From assembly GCA_000004985.1 (NCBI GenBank), contig GG738853.1: a stretch of DNA of 64,000 nucleotides. One strand, given 5' to 3'. Shown here one piece after another: positions 42,935-55,501 of the stretch. The stretch's first letter is position 1. Each line of letters starts with the position of its first letter. The DNA is from Naegleria gruberi. Taxonomy: Eukaryota. Below the pieces are notes generated by a model that worked only from the letters and a program-made list of their open reading frames with translations, did no database searches and had not been told where the DNA came from. A program made the position numbers and the translations under genes.

Positions 42935-43955
42935 TTATTTTTCTTCGAATTGTATTGAATTTAAAATGAAATCAATCAAAACTGAATTCTTGAAATTCTT
43001 CTTCTCATCTGCAGTTAACATCATGGCTGCAATGCAATATGGCAAATCCACTTGATTAAAAACAAGAACTTGACCAAATCTCAATTGTCCATGCAATTCA
43101 TTATGAAATTTGCTTTCTTCCAAATGTTCTATCTTAGAATTCAAGCCAAAATAATTCGAAGGTTTAATACGAATCTCTGTTTCTGCCATTTTGAAATGAG
43201 ATCTGTATTGTTCCACATGGGTAATTGTGGAGAGTGCCTTCTCCTTGCTCATATCAAATGGATAATCATTTCCATTTTCTAGAATGTAAAATTGTAAAGT
43301 TTTTGATTCACATCTAAGTAAAATTCTTTGAGATTCTTGAGATTCGTCTTTATCAAGAATAAAGAAATTTGGACAGTGGAAATGAAGATATCTCTTTCCT
43401 TTGTGTATAGTATATCTAGTGGAAGGTATGGTTGAAAGAAGTTCATTTCTATACTTGTCAATTTCGATATTTTCAATTGACCTTTCAATTGTAATTCCAA
43501 TAGTAATTTCTCCATGTTCAATATTTTCCAATTTTAATGTAATTACTTTCTCCTTATTAGATCCAAAAGAATTGTCAATAATAAACTCTGCATTTCCAAG
43601 AAAATCCTTCATTTCCAACACATTCCAATAACACATTCGAATAAAATTAACTTACATCCTTTGAAATTAAATCATAATCCATCACTATCACCTTCACTTT
43701 AACATGATCGACAGCTTTAACAAGTGCTGGCATTGAAAATGATTCATTCCAAATAGGATTTAAATTCTTCTTCTTGACACTTGTCTTGATTTTCTTTTCA
43801 TTTCCAATCAAGTCAATCGATCCATTCGGAATAAACGAGTCGATGATCACATAACCATCAGAACTGCAATTCGTATCAGCAGCTACAAGATTTTTACATC
43901 CGATAATGTTTATTTTAACATTATCATTAGGAAGAAGTGACAGTTGGCTTGACAT
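42935..43955 (-). CDS. C2 domain-containing protein, 2 exons: join(43955..43656, 43606..42935), about 324 aa.
   Basis: N-terminal C2 ([25 protein letters not shown]...[10 protein letters not shown]...[14 protein letters not shown]). A 49-nt GTAAGT...AG intron joins in frame to the second ORF. Confidence 0.6.
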
Positions 43956-44077
43956 TTTTTTTCTGTCAACAATCTCTTACAAGATCCTTTGATCTATTTT
44001 GTGATTTTAAGATTCTCAACAAGATTGTAATCAAATTCCAATCCAAAAAAACATCTCCACTTCTTGTATCTTGCAAA

Positions 44078-44704
44078 ATGTCAACTGACTCTGATTTTTA
44101 TTCATTTACTGTCAAGGATGCTGATTTAAATGATGTATCTATGGCTGATTATAAAGGAAAAGTAGTAATGATTGTGAATGTTGCCTCTAGATGTGGTTTC
44201 ACCAAACAGTACGGTAGGTATTTGTTATTGGAAAGTGTTGGAAATGCTAACCGAATCAATAGACGAAATTCAAGAAGTTTATAACAAGTATAAGGATCAA
44301 GGTTTTGAAGTATTGGCATTCCCATGCAATCAATTCGGATCTCAAGTAAGTTTCCTCTAAATTTTCAATCATCCAATTTAAACCAAACTATTCCTCATCA
44401 TTAAAAATTAAAATTCCATGCACTCAATCAGGAACCTGGCACCAATGAAGAAATCTGCACATTTGCCAGAACCAAATTCAAAGTCACCTTCAAAATATTT
44501 GACAAGATTAATGTCAATGGATCCGAAACTATTCCACTTTACAATTTCCTAAAGAAGGAAGGTGCTGGTTTTCTCGTTGATGCAGTAAAATGGAATTTTA
44601 CCAAGTTTCTCGTTTCAAAGAGTGGAAAAGTATTGAAACGATATGCTCCGAATACTTCTCCGAAAGATATGGAAGATGATATTCAAAAATTGTTAAAGGA
44701 ATAA
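44078..44704 (+). CDS. Glutathione peroxidase (Cys-type, non-selenocysteine), 3 exons: join(44078..44213, 44263..44345, 44432..44704), about 163 aa.
   Basis: NVASRCGFT active site with Cys (no in-frame TGA). The [20 protein letters not shown]|EPG motif spans intron 2. C-terminal WNFTKFLV. Confidence 0.85.
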
Positions 44705-44994
44705 GCTGCTTTAATTGTAAAATTAAATTATTAAATATTTAATATTAAATAATTGAAAATTCAATCTTCCAATTCAGAGTTTTCTTTCAATGATAAAATC
44801 TTTATCGGAGTTCACTTCCTATTTTTCTTCTTTTTCAAAACTCGCGCTCTTTTTAAAAACATGAACAATCACGAAGAAGAAGAATTGGAGGACTTTCACA
44901 ACAAAAAAACCCAACCTACATAGAGTTTGATATTTTCAGATTTTGTTCATCATCCAGTTATCATCATAAGCAGCATCATCATCGATAGGTAACA

Positions 44995-47900
44995 ATGGAC
45001 GGGTTATTATTATCTTCTTCTGCATCATCTTTGAGTCCTAGGAAGACCTCGTATTATTTATTAATTGTTTTACTTTGTTTGTTGTTGGTAGTTGTACAAT
45101 CGTCATCATCATGGCTAGTGAGTGGCTCTTCTTTCAAGTTTGAAAGTGAATTGTACAGTTTTGAAACTATCGACTCGGAGGCTTCTTCTTCATCTTTGCA
45201 ATGGATTGATACTTCCTTGAGTAATAATGAGAATAACATTATGATGACGATGGAAAGTGAAACTCTATCTTCCAATACTAATAACAACACAAAGGAAGCT
45301 AATGGAGTGGCCCTATTTACCTACTCCCACGAGTCGAGTATTCTCAAGTGGGAAATATTGTCAAAGGCTTCGAATTTTACCTATGAACAGAGTGTTGAGC
45401 AGGATAGATGGTTTGTTTTGGCTCACTCTGATTATGTCAATGAAACTAATGCTATGGAATATTGGGATAGGAATGAAACAACGAGGAGATTTATAGTTTT
45501 AGGGTAAGATTATTATTAATTTAAATATTAATTTATTATTGTAATTATTTGATATTTAATTATTTGAATAATAGTCAATCATGGAAGGGATTAATGAATG
45601 AAACTAGAAAATCTATCAATATTCCGGATCTATTCGAAAATTTGTACAAGGTGATGGTTATCCAAGTGGAAAGAAGTGATATCAAGAAAATAACAGTGAT
45701 TGAAAGTGGAATTATGAAGAATGTCTGTAAATCAAGCTCACCTATCGGAAGTTACAATTTAAGAAATTGGAAAATGTGGATTGTGTTAATATTTGTAGTT
45801 TTCATGTTAATTGCATTGATTATGGATGTGTTTAGACCATACTATGTGGTCATGGTAACTTTGATTTTATTTACCATAACGGAAATTATTTCTGTGAAAG
45901 AAGCACTTGAAGGATTTAGTAATGGTTAGTATCATTATAGATTAGTTTTATTATTTACATATTTGGAATGTTATAATGTGTGAATATATGAAAATGATAA
46001 TAATAACAGAGGGTATGGTAACAATTGGTTTACTATTTGTTGTAGTTCAACCACTTAGTCACAATCCAATTCTACTCAAATTGTCCAAATTGATGTTTGG
46101 TAAACCAAAATTTTTGCCACTCACACTTTTCAGAATTATCTTCCCAATCTCAATACTTTCCATGTTTTTGAATAATACTCCAATTGTAGTAGCATTCACA
46201 CCACTAATTGTAGAGTGGGCTCGTGAAAACAAAGTACCTGCCAGTAAGATTTTGATTCCGCTCTCATATGCCACACTTGCTGGAGGTTGTTGTACAATTA
46301 TTGGAACATCCACCAACTTGGTTGGGTCAGGTTTGATGGAAAGTTATGATTTGGATCCACTTTCATTCTTTGAGTTGATTTACATTGGAGGAATATTGTT
46401 GGTCATCATGTTGTTCTATTTGTGCTTTATTTCAATTTGGATTTTACCATCCAATACTGCAGGAATGATGGATTCCTACTCAAAGGAAAAGGGAGAATCA
46501 TTCATGAGTCATTTTGTTGTTCCAGAAAAGTCACCACTTGCTGGAAAATCAAAGAAATCTGTTTTGGCTCACCTAGGATTGAAATCTTTGGAAATTATCA
46601 AGGTTGTAAGAACCAAAGAAAATGCATCTGAAGATTTGGAAGTTGCCAATAATACTACAGTTACCTCAGTGGAGCAAATTACACCAGTAGAAGATACTTT
46701 CAGAATTCAAAAAGGTGACAGACTTGTATTCAGAGGTCTTCCAGAAGATATCATGCATTTGCACTCTATTACTGGTATTGAAAAGAAGGTAAAGTTTAAT
46801 AATGTAATCTTCAAGGAGAGCAATGAAACTCCAATCATTGAAGAAAAGCCATCCATATTTTCCAAGTTTTCATTTGGAAAGAAGAAGAAGGACAAGAGTG
46901 AATCCATGTCCCTGATGGAATCCAATAAGAATGCCACATATTATGGCGGTGGAGATAGTGATACCATCTCGACAGAAATCAAGGAATTGACTGAAGAACC
47001 AAAGGATGAACAATTGCTAGAAGTTACAGATCAAGCACCACCTTCCACCTCTAGTGATGTCAAAAAATCACTCAAAGGTAAAGAAATTGGTGCTGATTTG
47101 GAATTCTTAGAAGTGGTCATTTCAAATAATAATTCACTTCTTGGATCTGATTATAGAGCTTTTGAAAAACACTTCCAAACAGTCGTTTTTGCTCTCAAGC
47201 ACAGAGAAACACTGATTGAAACAAACACAGAGACTGATGATTTCCACTCAGCAAATGTTTCAACAGGAGATTCTGTTTTAATTATTGCTCCAAAAGATTT
47301 CCATGACAAGTGGATTGAAACTAGAGAATTTTTCTTAATTTCTCGCTCCACAGTAGATCCAAAGAAGGATGTGAGAAAATTCATTGTCAAATTCAGAGGA
47401 AAGGAATTCAATTTGTGGTGGTGGGAATATCTTGTTGTTCCAATTTTCGTCCTCATGGTTGCTGGTGCAACTGCTGGTTATCCAATGATCAAATGTGTCA
47501 TGATTGCATTCGTTTTGATGATTTTGCTCAAATTAATTAATCCAACTAAGGCTGTCCAAGTTGTTGATTGGCAATTGTTATTATTAATTGCTGGAAGTTT
47601 TGGTGTTGGCTTAGCTATTAAGAATAGTGGTTTTGCTGAGGCTCTTGCTGAATTGGTTGTCTATTTGAAAATTCCACCACTCGTGATTCCAGCATTAATT
47701 TTCCTCTTTACACAAATTTGTAGTGCTGTCATTACAAACACAGCTGCTGTGAGCGTTAATCTTCCACTTGCTTTGGCTATTGCTGAAGCCAATGGTTTAA
47801 ATCCAAGAATGATTAGTATTATTGTGATTGTTGCTGCATCCTCTGATTATACATCTCCTATTGGTTCCACGACAAATCTCATTGTCCAAGGACCTGGAGG

Positions 47901-48012
47901 ATACAAATTCTTTGACTTTACCAAAGTTGGTCTTCCTCTTAATGTAATGTTCTTGGCTGCATGTGGTACTTTGATTCCATTAATTTGGGGTTTAAATGCT
48001 CCTAATTTCTAA
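44995..48012 (+). CDS. SLC13/CitT/ArsB-superfamily anion transporter with two internal TrkA-C regulatory domains and an N-terminal signal-anchor extension, 3 exons: join(44995..45503, 45575..45924, 46010..48012).
   Basis: Permease repeats (GTSTNLVGSG ... SPIGSTTNLIV). The central region contains TrkA-C-like segments (RLVFRGLPEDIMHLHSI; DSVLIIAPKDFHDKW). Three track ORFs joined in frame by GTAAGA/GTTAGT...AG introns. Confidence 0.7.
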
Positions 48013-49234
48013 TTCATGTTTGATAAATTATCACACATGTATTTATCAAATTATTTAGCATCATGTTTTTGTTTTCACATGCATCCAATTTCTTTGTTTT
48101 TGCATGTGAGCATCATTGATAGATTCAATCACTACATGCTATCATATGATTGGTGCATATTATGTGATGCATGCATCCAATACCTCCATCCTTAATTAAT
48201 TCTTGTCCTCAATTTCCTCCAACCAAATTATTTATGATCCATTCACACAATATCCAAGCACTTGCCGTAAACCATTTTTTTGAACTTGTTTCCTTACTTG
48301 TGCTGGCCAATGCCACAACATGTCCAAGTCAATGTTGTTGATGAATGAGAATGAAATTACACCATGCAATGTGTATAATATGTATCAATAACTAGCAAGA
48401 TGAAAATTTTTCTTATCTAACCTAAACCAAATATCAACCTCTTAATGTGCTACCTGCCTTGTTACTATTTGCTTAATGGATGCAAATATTCATGTGGATT
48501 TTTCTTTTTTACTTGATGATATTAATAGACTAAGCGAGCACTCCAATGGAGTTGATTGGGATAGTGTTAAGAATTGCTGGTTTTATGGTGAATCACCGTA
48601 AAGAGCTAGCTACTTGAAACTTGAAGGAGTGTAACACTGCTCAGTTTCCAATTTGATCATATCAAAATTCGGTCGTACTGTATTACCATACGGTTTCATT
48701 TCTTATAGAATAAGCAATTCTCCTGTTGGAAAGGTATATCTCTCCCAACTCCCACAATTCCTTTGAGGAGCAGCTACTCATGTGCATCCCTTAATAACTA
48801 CAATTAGAATGTTGTCTAATAATACATTCACAATTGGAAGACAAAAACAGATAGCTTCATTGCTAAGGACCTTAGCCATTAAAGGACCCTTGATATATCC
48901 ATACAAGTCAACAGTTAATAATCACTGTATATATAGATCGGTACGATAGCCGTCGACGAGTGTGGGAACAAAAAGGGTTCAATTCTAAACTGTTGCCAAG
49001 ATGTTTGCGCCTTAATTGTGTAAAGAAGGCCCCTTAAAGCATCATTGATAACATGTGTGATCAACTCTATAAGGAAGAGATAAGGAAGGAAAATTATAGT
49101 AACAGAGTTGGAAATTGGCTCTATTTGACAATGTCCATGTGTGAGGCGCTATGTTTTTTGCTGTCCAACAAACAAACATCAACACCAATACATAATACTA
49201 TTCAAAGGTCAAACAAGTTGTAAAAATTGCTTCC

Positions 49235-50404
49235 ATGTTAACAGCCTGCTATTGCCCTCAAAATATTATGTTATCTAGAACTAGTGCATCTGGTGGTGCT
49301 TCACTTGACCAATTCGTTGACGACTGTGGGAAGCTAATAAGGAAACGATCGACTACTTGTGCAAGCAACTGTAGCAATAGGAGTTTCACTTCTTCATCCA
49401 TTGCCTCATCATGTCCCTCCTCAATTTCCTCTTCTGAATTTAATGATGAAGAGGTGGCATGTTTGAATCATCATCATCATCAGCAGCAGTATCATTTCTA
49501 TCAAGAAACACATCCACTAAATGTTAATCAACATGGCTCAATCAATAATGAATTTAATAGTGGTGAGGAATTTTATGGAATGGGAGTTGGAGTTGGAGGT
49601 GTGTCTCTTTCATCAGAAAACAGCATCATGAGCAGTATGAATCTTAATAATTCAATGTGCAGTCAAGATCCTATTCAGAACTATTACACTTCTTCATCGT
49701 CCAATAGAATCAATATTGTAAGTTGAAATACAATTGAGATCCTCCTTACAACAACTCTTCGCACAAATGTGTATTCTCCCATCACCACCACACTACTTTT
49801 CAAAATCATGAATATAGGATAAAGATGAAATGGTAAGTAGATATCCATCCATCAGAAACAAGCTAATCATGATGCTATTTAGAAAAAGTATTTTAATGCT
49901 CCTCAAGTATTGGCAGCACGAATGCTCAATGTCAGTGTTTCCACTCTCAAAAGAAGATATTATGAAATGTATAAATCAAGATGGCCTTATCAGAGAGTAC
50001 GTATTTACGCATGCATCATTTTACTAATCATGTATTTCAAATCATGTCACATGTGCATTTATGTGGAATAGTTAGCGAATGCGGAGAGGAAAAAGAGTAT
50101 TTGGTACTATGTCAATGAAGAGGATGAATCTGAAAAGTACATTTCATCTGAAAGTATGACAACTCTATTGAAAGCATTCGAAGATCCAACAGTTCAAATG
50201 ACAAAGGTGAAACAGGTAAAGGAGAAACAACCTTCCCAAGTACAAAGACAATTTCTGAGTTATATTCCACCTTCAGAGAAGACTAAACGATATGACGATG
50301 TAAATTTGACACAAATAACATCAAACTCGACTCAAATTAAGGGAGGATCTAGGCAAAAGTACTTTTTGATTGGAGGTAAATCAAGAAGAGGAAACAAGCA
50401 TTGA
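49235..50404 (+). CDS. RWP-RK domain transcription factor, multi-exon: join(49235..49717, [optional 15-nt micro-exon 49818..49832], 49883..49996, 50072..50404).
   Basis: Exon 3, read in the frame offset from the track ORF, gives FNAPQVLAARMLNVSVSTLKRRYYEMYKSRWPYQR, the RWP-RK signature. Flanking GTAAGT/GTACGT donors and TAG acceptors. The last exon was frame-checked against ORF 50156-50404. Confidence 0.65.
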
Positions 50405-51389
50405 ATTTAGATTGGATAATGCAGTGAAAAATCGATCAGCTAGCTGTGTTAGTAGTGTTAACATATCATGTAATCTGCACAACAGACAACCATACGAGAA
50501 TGCAACCAGAAGCATGTCATTACTCTCCTCTCTCGATTCCTCAATTAAGGAGATAAGCATTTCCATATAGATTTGATCAATGAATGCAAACAGCAGTGTG
50601 TCTATTGAGGCTAAACAAGTGTGTGTGTTAAATAAGACCTAAAAATGTAATGAATGAAAATCACAGTAAATAAATGGACCCTTCAATCTCTATATTTGGA
50701 AGTTTAATTCTTTATATGAACTAGTGGTCACCACAAAATCTAGTGCCGATCAGAGATGGCTTATTGTTATATTTACTATTTTAACATTCTATATCTAGTT
50801 AGTCGCATTCCTTAATATGTTGCTTCAACAATTTGCTTAAACTTGCTGAATGCTCACTACATTATACATTAAGGGTTCAGACGTTTTCAAGTTGGTTTTG
50901 TATAAAACAAAAAGAAAATCAGAACTTGCAATTATGGTTCGCCCCCTACAAGAAGATGTGTCCCTTCACATTGCAACAACTTCCATGTGTCCAATTATCT
51001 TCCTTTTAAACGTAACACATGAGATGGAGGAGAAACAATCTATTTAGCATGATTTGCAACAGATTCAATTCACACTACAGTTTCGCATGTGATGCAATGA
51101 TATCGAAATGAAGATACAATATTACCTTACATGTGTTCCATTTGAGTATAATTAGTAGCTTTTATTGATCAACCGAGTCAATCGTGGACTAAATTTAACT
51201 TTATGAGCTATATTTTACAAACAAAGAATTTTAAACTAACATCAGAACATGCATCTTCAATCCATTCAATCCATACGAAGATCGCACTTTAACAATAATG
51301 CTAAACCAATAAGCTGGAAATGGGAAATTTTGGGATTGTGAAAATCCAAATTCATAACTGAGATAATTCATTTCTTTTTATTTACACAA

Positions 51390-51764
51390 TTAAGCAATGA
51401 CTCTTGGATTCCATGTCAAGACAACATACAGTCCAAATGCAACCAATCCAAAAGCAATCACACTGCTCACCCCGAATAATATTATACTAGCAAGTGCCAA
51501 CTTTTTACATGTTGGACTATCCGAATTACGATACTATATCATGTAATCATTAATTGATCATTAATTGAGCAGTTTAATATGTGGACAATAGACCATTCAA
51601 CTTACCTTTACAAAATTCACAATCCAAACAATATTCATCAAAAATCCAAGGAAAAAGAATAAGGTACACATCTCTTCATCATGTTGAATACTTGATGATG
51701 ATGTATGGTGAGCCAGATCATTGGATGGCGAGGTAATTAAACGTTCATCATCTCGTTGTTGCAT
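51390..51764 (-). CDS. Putative 100-aa two-TM membrane protein, 2 exons: join(51764..51606, 51533..51390).
   Basis: ATG...AAG|GTAAGT, 66-nt AT-rich intron ...ATATAG|, in-frame continuation to TAA. Two hydrophobic helices. No homology recognised. Confidence 0.3.
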
Positions 51765-52180
51765 CTTGTGTGTAATTTTTTTTTATATTTGTGGTCGCAT
51801 CTAAAATAGTAGTATAATTAAGAACAGTGTGGCTTCTAATTGGTTTCCACTGAACAATCCAATTGTTTCACCCGAATTTTGGCAATTCATCATGAAGACA
51901 AAAAACAATATTCCGATATTCTTTAATGATGTCAAATTATTGGTAAATCTCCTAAGATTGATCCATCAATAATAATTAACACCCACCTTCATTGCCTACT
52001 AAACAACACAGTCCTCCCTTCATGTCCGATAACAATCATCCTCTTCATCTCTCTTCATATTTTTTTTAAAATTATTAAAAAATTTACAGCAAAATCCTTT
52101 TTTTTTGATCATCACATCACGAATTTATTTAATTAATTTAATTTCATTATAATTTATTGAAAACAATTAACTATTGAAAA

Positions 52181-53173
52181 ATGTCATCATCATCATCTGC
52201 TAATACTAAACCAGAATCACCAACAGCAATGCTATCCGATAATTTGTTCAATGTAAAGGGAAAGATTGTTGTCATTACTGGTGGCACGAGAGGAATTGGC
52301 TTGGCCATTGCACAAGGCTTTCTCATGAATGGAGTTGCTAAAGTTTACGTCTGTTCGAGAAGGAAGGAAGCCTGCCAACAAGTTGAAGATCAAGTGAATC
52401 AATTCGTTAAAAAGTACTATAGTGGAAAAGATCAAATTCCAAAACTTGTTGCTTTACAGGCTGATTTGGCCACAATGGAAGGAATTGAATCATTTTGTAG
52501 TCAAATTGTTGAAGATAAGGTTGATGTCTTGGTCAATAATAGTGGAACTAATTGGGGAGAATCAGTGGATACTTATCCTGAACATGCTTGGGATAAGGTT
52601 ATGGATTTGAATTTAAAGACACCTTTCTATGTGATTCAAAAGTTACTGCCAAAATTGAGAAATGCTGCCTCAATTGATAATCCAGCAAGAATTGTGAATA
52701 TTGGATCAATTAATGGAGTGACTTGTCCTAATATGGATACATTTGCATATTCTGTTTCTAAAGCTGGATTGCATCATTTGACTAAACACTTGGCACTTCG
52801 TTTGGCAAGTGATCATATTGCTGTCAATGCATTGGGTATGTTGTTTGATTTTGAAAATTTTATTGAATTTCAAATACTTTACAAATTATTTCACACTTGA
52901 TTTATTGGAATATTATTTTAAAATTAATTACATTTCTAAATTAATTTCTGCTGATATCATGTTACAGCTTGTGGATTCTTCTTTACCAAAATGACAAAAC
53001 AAACCTTTGAAGACTTTGGAGATCACATTATGGAAAATATTCCTCTTGGAAGAGTTTCCAAAGGATCTGACATTGTTGGAGCTACTCTCTTTCTTTCCAG
53101 TCTTGCATCTGCCTGGATGACTGGTAATATCATTGCCATCGATGGAGGCTCTCTCATCAAATCCAGTTTATAA
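52181..53173 (+). CDS. Short-chain dehydrogenase/reductase (SDR; 3-oxoacyl-ACP reductase / RhlG-like), 2 exons: join(52181..52835, 52968..53173), about 286 aa.
   Basis: Cofactor-binding TGGTRGIGLAIA. NNSG. Catalytic YSVSKAG. The C-terminal exon completes the PGxxxT and IAIDGG motifs. The intron is GTATGT...TTACAG. Confidence 0.8.
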
Positions 53174-53404
53174 AATCATTGAATCATTCTCAATATTACC
53201 TTCACTGCCACACACCACATCTACTTGTATCATACATTAAATATTTCAACAATTTACAATATTACCAAGCAGCTGTCATCTTTTTTAACCTATTTCCCAT
53301 TTGGCATTCCATTACTCCATCAAATTTTCCACATCTTGCTCTAAAGTTTACAAAAATCACCAAATTTGCCTTCGAACCGTACACACAACTCACGGACAAA
53401 AAAA

Positions 53405-55439
53405 ATGAAGAGAAAGATCTTGGGAAGAATCCTCTGCCAACCAACACAAGAGGCCAATAAACAACAACAGCTGATGAACCTGTTGTTGATCAATAATAAG
53501 AATCATCATCAGATGAAGATGAAAAATACATTAACAGAAAAAAGACAATTTTCGACACAACAAATTGTTGAATCTTCCTTTGGTCATCATCATCAATTTC
53601 TTGTTGATAACAAGCCTTTGATTGTTGATCAACAGGTGAGTCATATCAAGGGATCGACAAGGGAACCACTCATTCATGAAACCTTGTTTGAATTGTTTGA
53701 GAAACGTGTCTATGAGATGGATTCTCATCCATTGTTGCAAGTTAGTGGTTCCGAACATAATTTAAATCAGGATCAGACCTTTTCATGGAGAGAGGTTCAT
53801 GAGCAGAGTTTAAAACTTGCTAATGCTCTTCATAGATTGGGATATAAGAAGGAGGATCGTATTGGAATTTGGATGCCTAATTCACATGAATGGTCAATTG
53901 TGTTGATGGCAGCTGCCAAGTTGGGTTTGATTGTTGTAAATGTTAATCCTGCTTATAGAAAGCATGAATTGCAACATGCTTTGAATTTGGTACAATGCAA
54001 GGGTTTGATTATTGTTCCAGAATATAAGGGAACTAATTATGTTCAAATGTTATATGATTTGTGTCCTGGATTGGATAGAAATGTGAATCAAAATGGCGGA
54101 AAACATGCTTATTCAGATGAAATGCAAGTGCCAACTGTTGAATCTGAAGCATTACCTCATTTGAGACATATTTTCTACTGTTCTCCATCTAGAGCTTTCT
54201 TCCCTGGAATGATTGATTTTACAAATGAATTGTTGAACATGTCCATTCCAAAAGGATTGACTCATCAACAATGGATGAAAGCCAAGCATAATTGTAATGA
54301 TACTTTAAAGTAAGTAGTGCAGATCTTAAAGTGTGAAATTTAACATTTCCAAAAATTTAATTAGTATTCAATTTACATCTGGAACAACTGGATTACCAAA
54401 GGGAGCTGCCCTTTCACATTTTAACATTGTAAATAATTCATATTTTGTTGGAAAGGCAATGAATTTGCAGACTGGAGTTGACAAACTGGCCTTGTGTGTT
54501 CCATTTTACCATTGTTTTGGTTCAAATTTGGGATTCTTGGCCTTCTCCCTTCATGGTTGTGGAATTGTCTTGTCAAGCTTTGGATTTGATCCTGAAGCCA
54601 CTCTCAGAGCAGTTCACAAATACAAATGCACAGCTCTTCATGGCGTTCCAACAATGTTTATTGCTGAATTGGAACATCCAAACTTTAAGAAATATGACTT
54701 GTCATCCCTTCGTACAGGTATTGTGGCTGGTGCTTTGTGTCCAATGCCACTCATGAAAAGATGTATCAATGAAATGAATTTGAGAGAATTGATTAATGTT
54801 TATGGTATGACTGAGACATCTCCTTACTCATTCAATACACATATTAATGATAGTTTGGAAGTTCGTACCACCTCAGTTGGTAGAATCCATCCTCATGTTG
54901 AAGCAAGAGTTGTGGATCCAGAAACTGGAAAGGTTGTCCCATTTGGAACTCAAGGTGAATTGCAAGTGAGAGGATATTTGGTTATGAAATATTATTGGGA
55001 TCAACCAGAAGCCACTAAGAAAGTCATTGAAAATGGATGGATGAAGACTGGTGATATTGCCGTATTCAGAACCGATGAAAATGGACCATACTGTAGCATT
55101 GAAGGAAGAATTAAGGATATTATCATTAGAGGAGGTGAAAATATTGTACCACGTGAAATTGAGAATTTCCTCTACATGAATCCAAATATTAAGGATGTTG
55201 CAATTGTTGGAGTTCCTGATGAGAAATACGGAGAACAAATTTGTGCTTGTATTATATTGAAGAGTGGAAAATCATTAACTGAAGAAGAATTGAGAGCTTT
55301 CTGTCAAGGACAAATAGCTCACTACAAGATTCCAAAATATGTCATGTTTATGGATGAATTCCCAATGACTGTTACAGGAAAGATTCAAAAGTTTGTATTG
55401 CGTGATTGGGCAACAGACAAATTAGGATTGAAAAAGTAA
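53405..55439 (+). CDS. Acyl-CoA synthetase / AMP-binding enzyme (medium-chain, ACSF2-like), 2 exons: join(53405..54309, 54365..55439), about 659 aa.
   Basis: The AMP-binding motif (N)IQFTSGTTGLPKGAALSH is reconstructed across a 55-nt intron. Motifs YGMTE, TGD..., GRIKDIIIRGGENI and a C-terminal Lys region. Confidence 0.85.
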
Positions 55440-55501
55440 TTGTTACTTTGTAAACTATTAAAAAATACTTGTAAATTATTATGAAACAGCAAAGATAAAT
55501 T

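Noticed and set aside
44178-44360. Treating the 60-aa ORF as an independent gene
   Set aside because: It is exon 2 of the glutathione peroxidase gene and joins in frame to exons at 44078-44213 and 44432-44704.
48030-49200. AT-rich region with a duplicated ATGCATCCAAT motif and scattered short ORFs upstream of the RWP-RK gene
   Set aside because: No coherent coding frame, RNA structure or known ncRNA motif (for example the Class I RNA 11-mer) could be found. It is most likely promoter or 5' UTR.
49830-50027. Track ORF translating KSILMLLKYWQHECSMSVFPLSKEDIMKCINQDGLIRE
   Set aside because: It is in the wrong frame: the frame offset by one gives a canonical RWP-RK domain with proper splice sites, so this ORF is a frame artefact.
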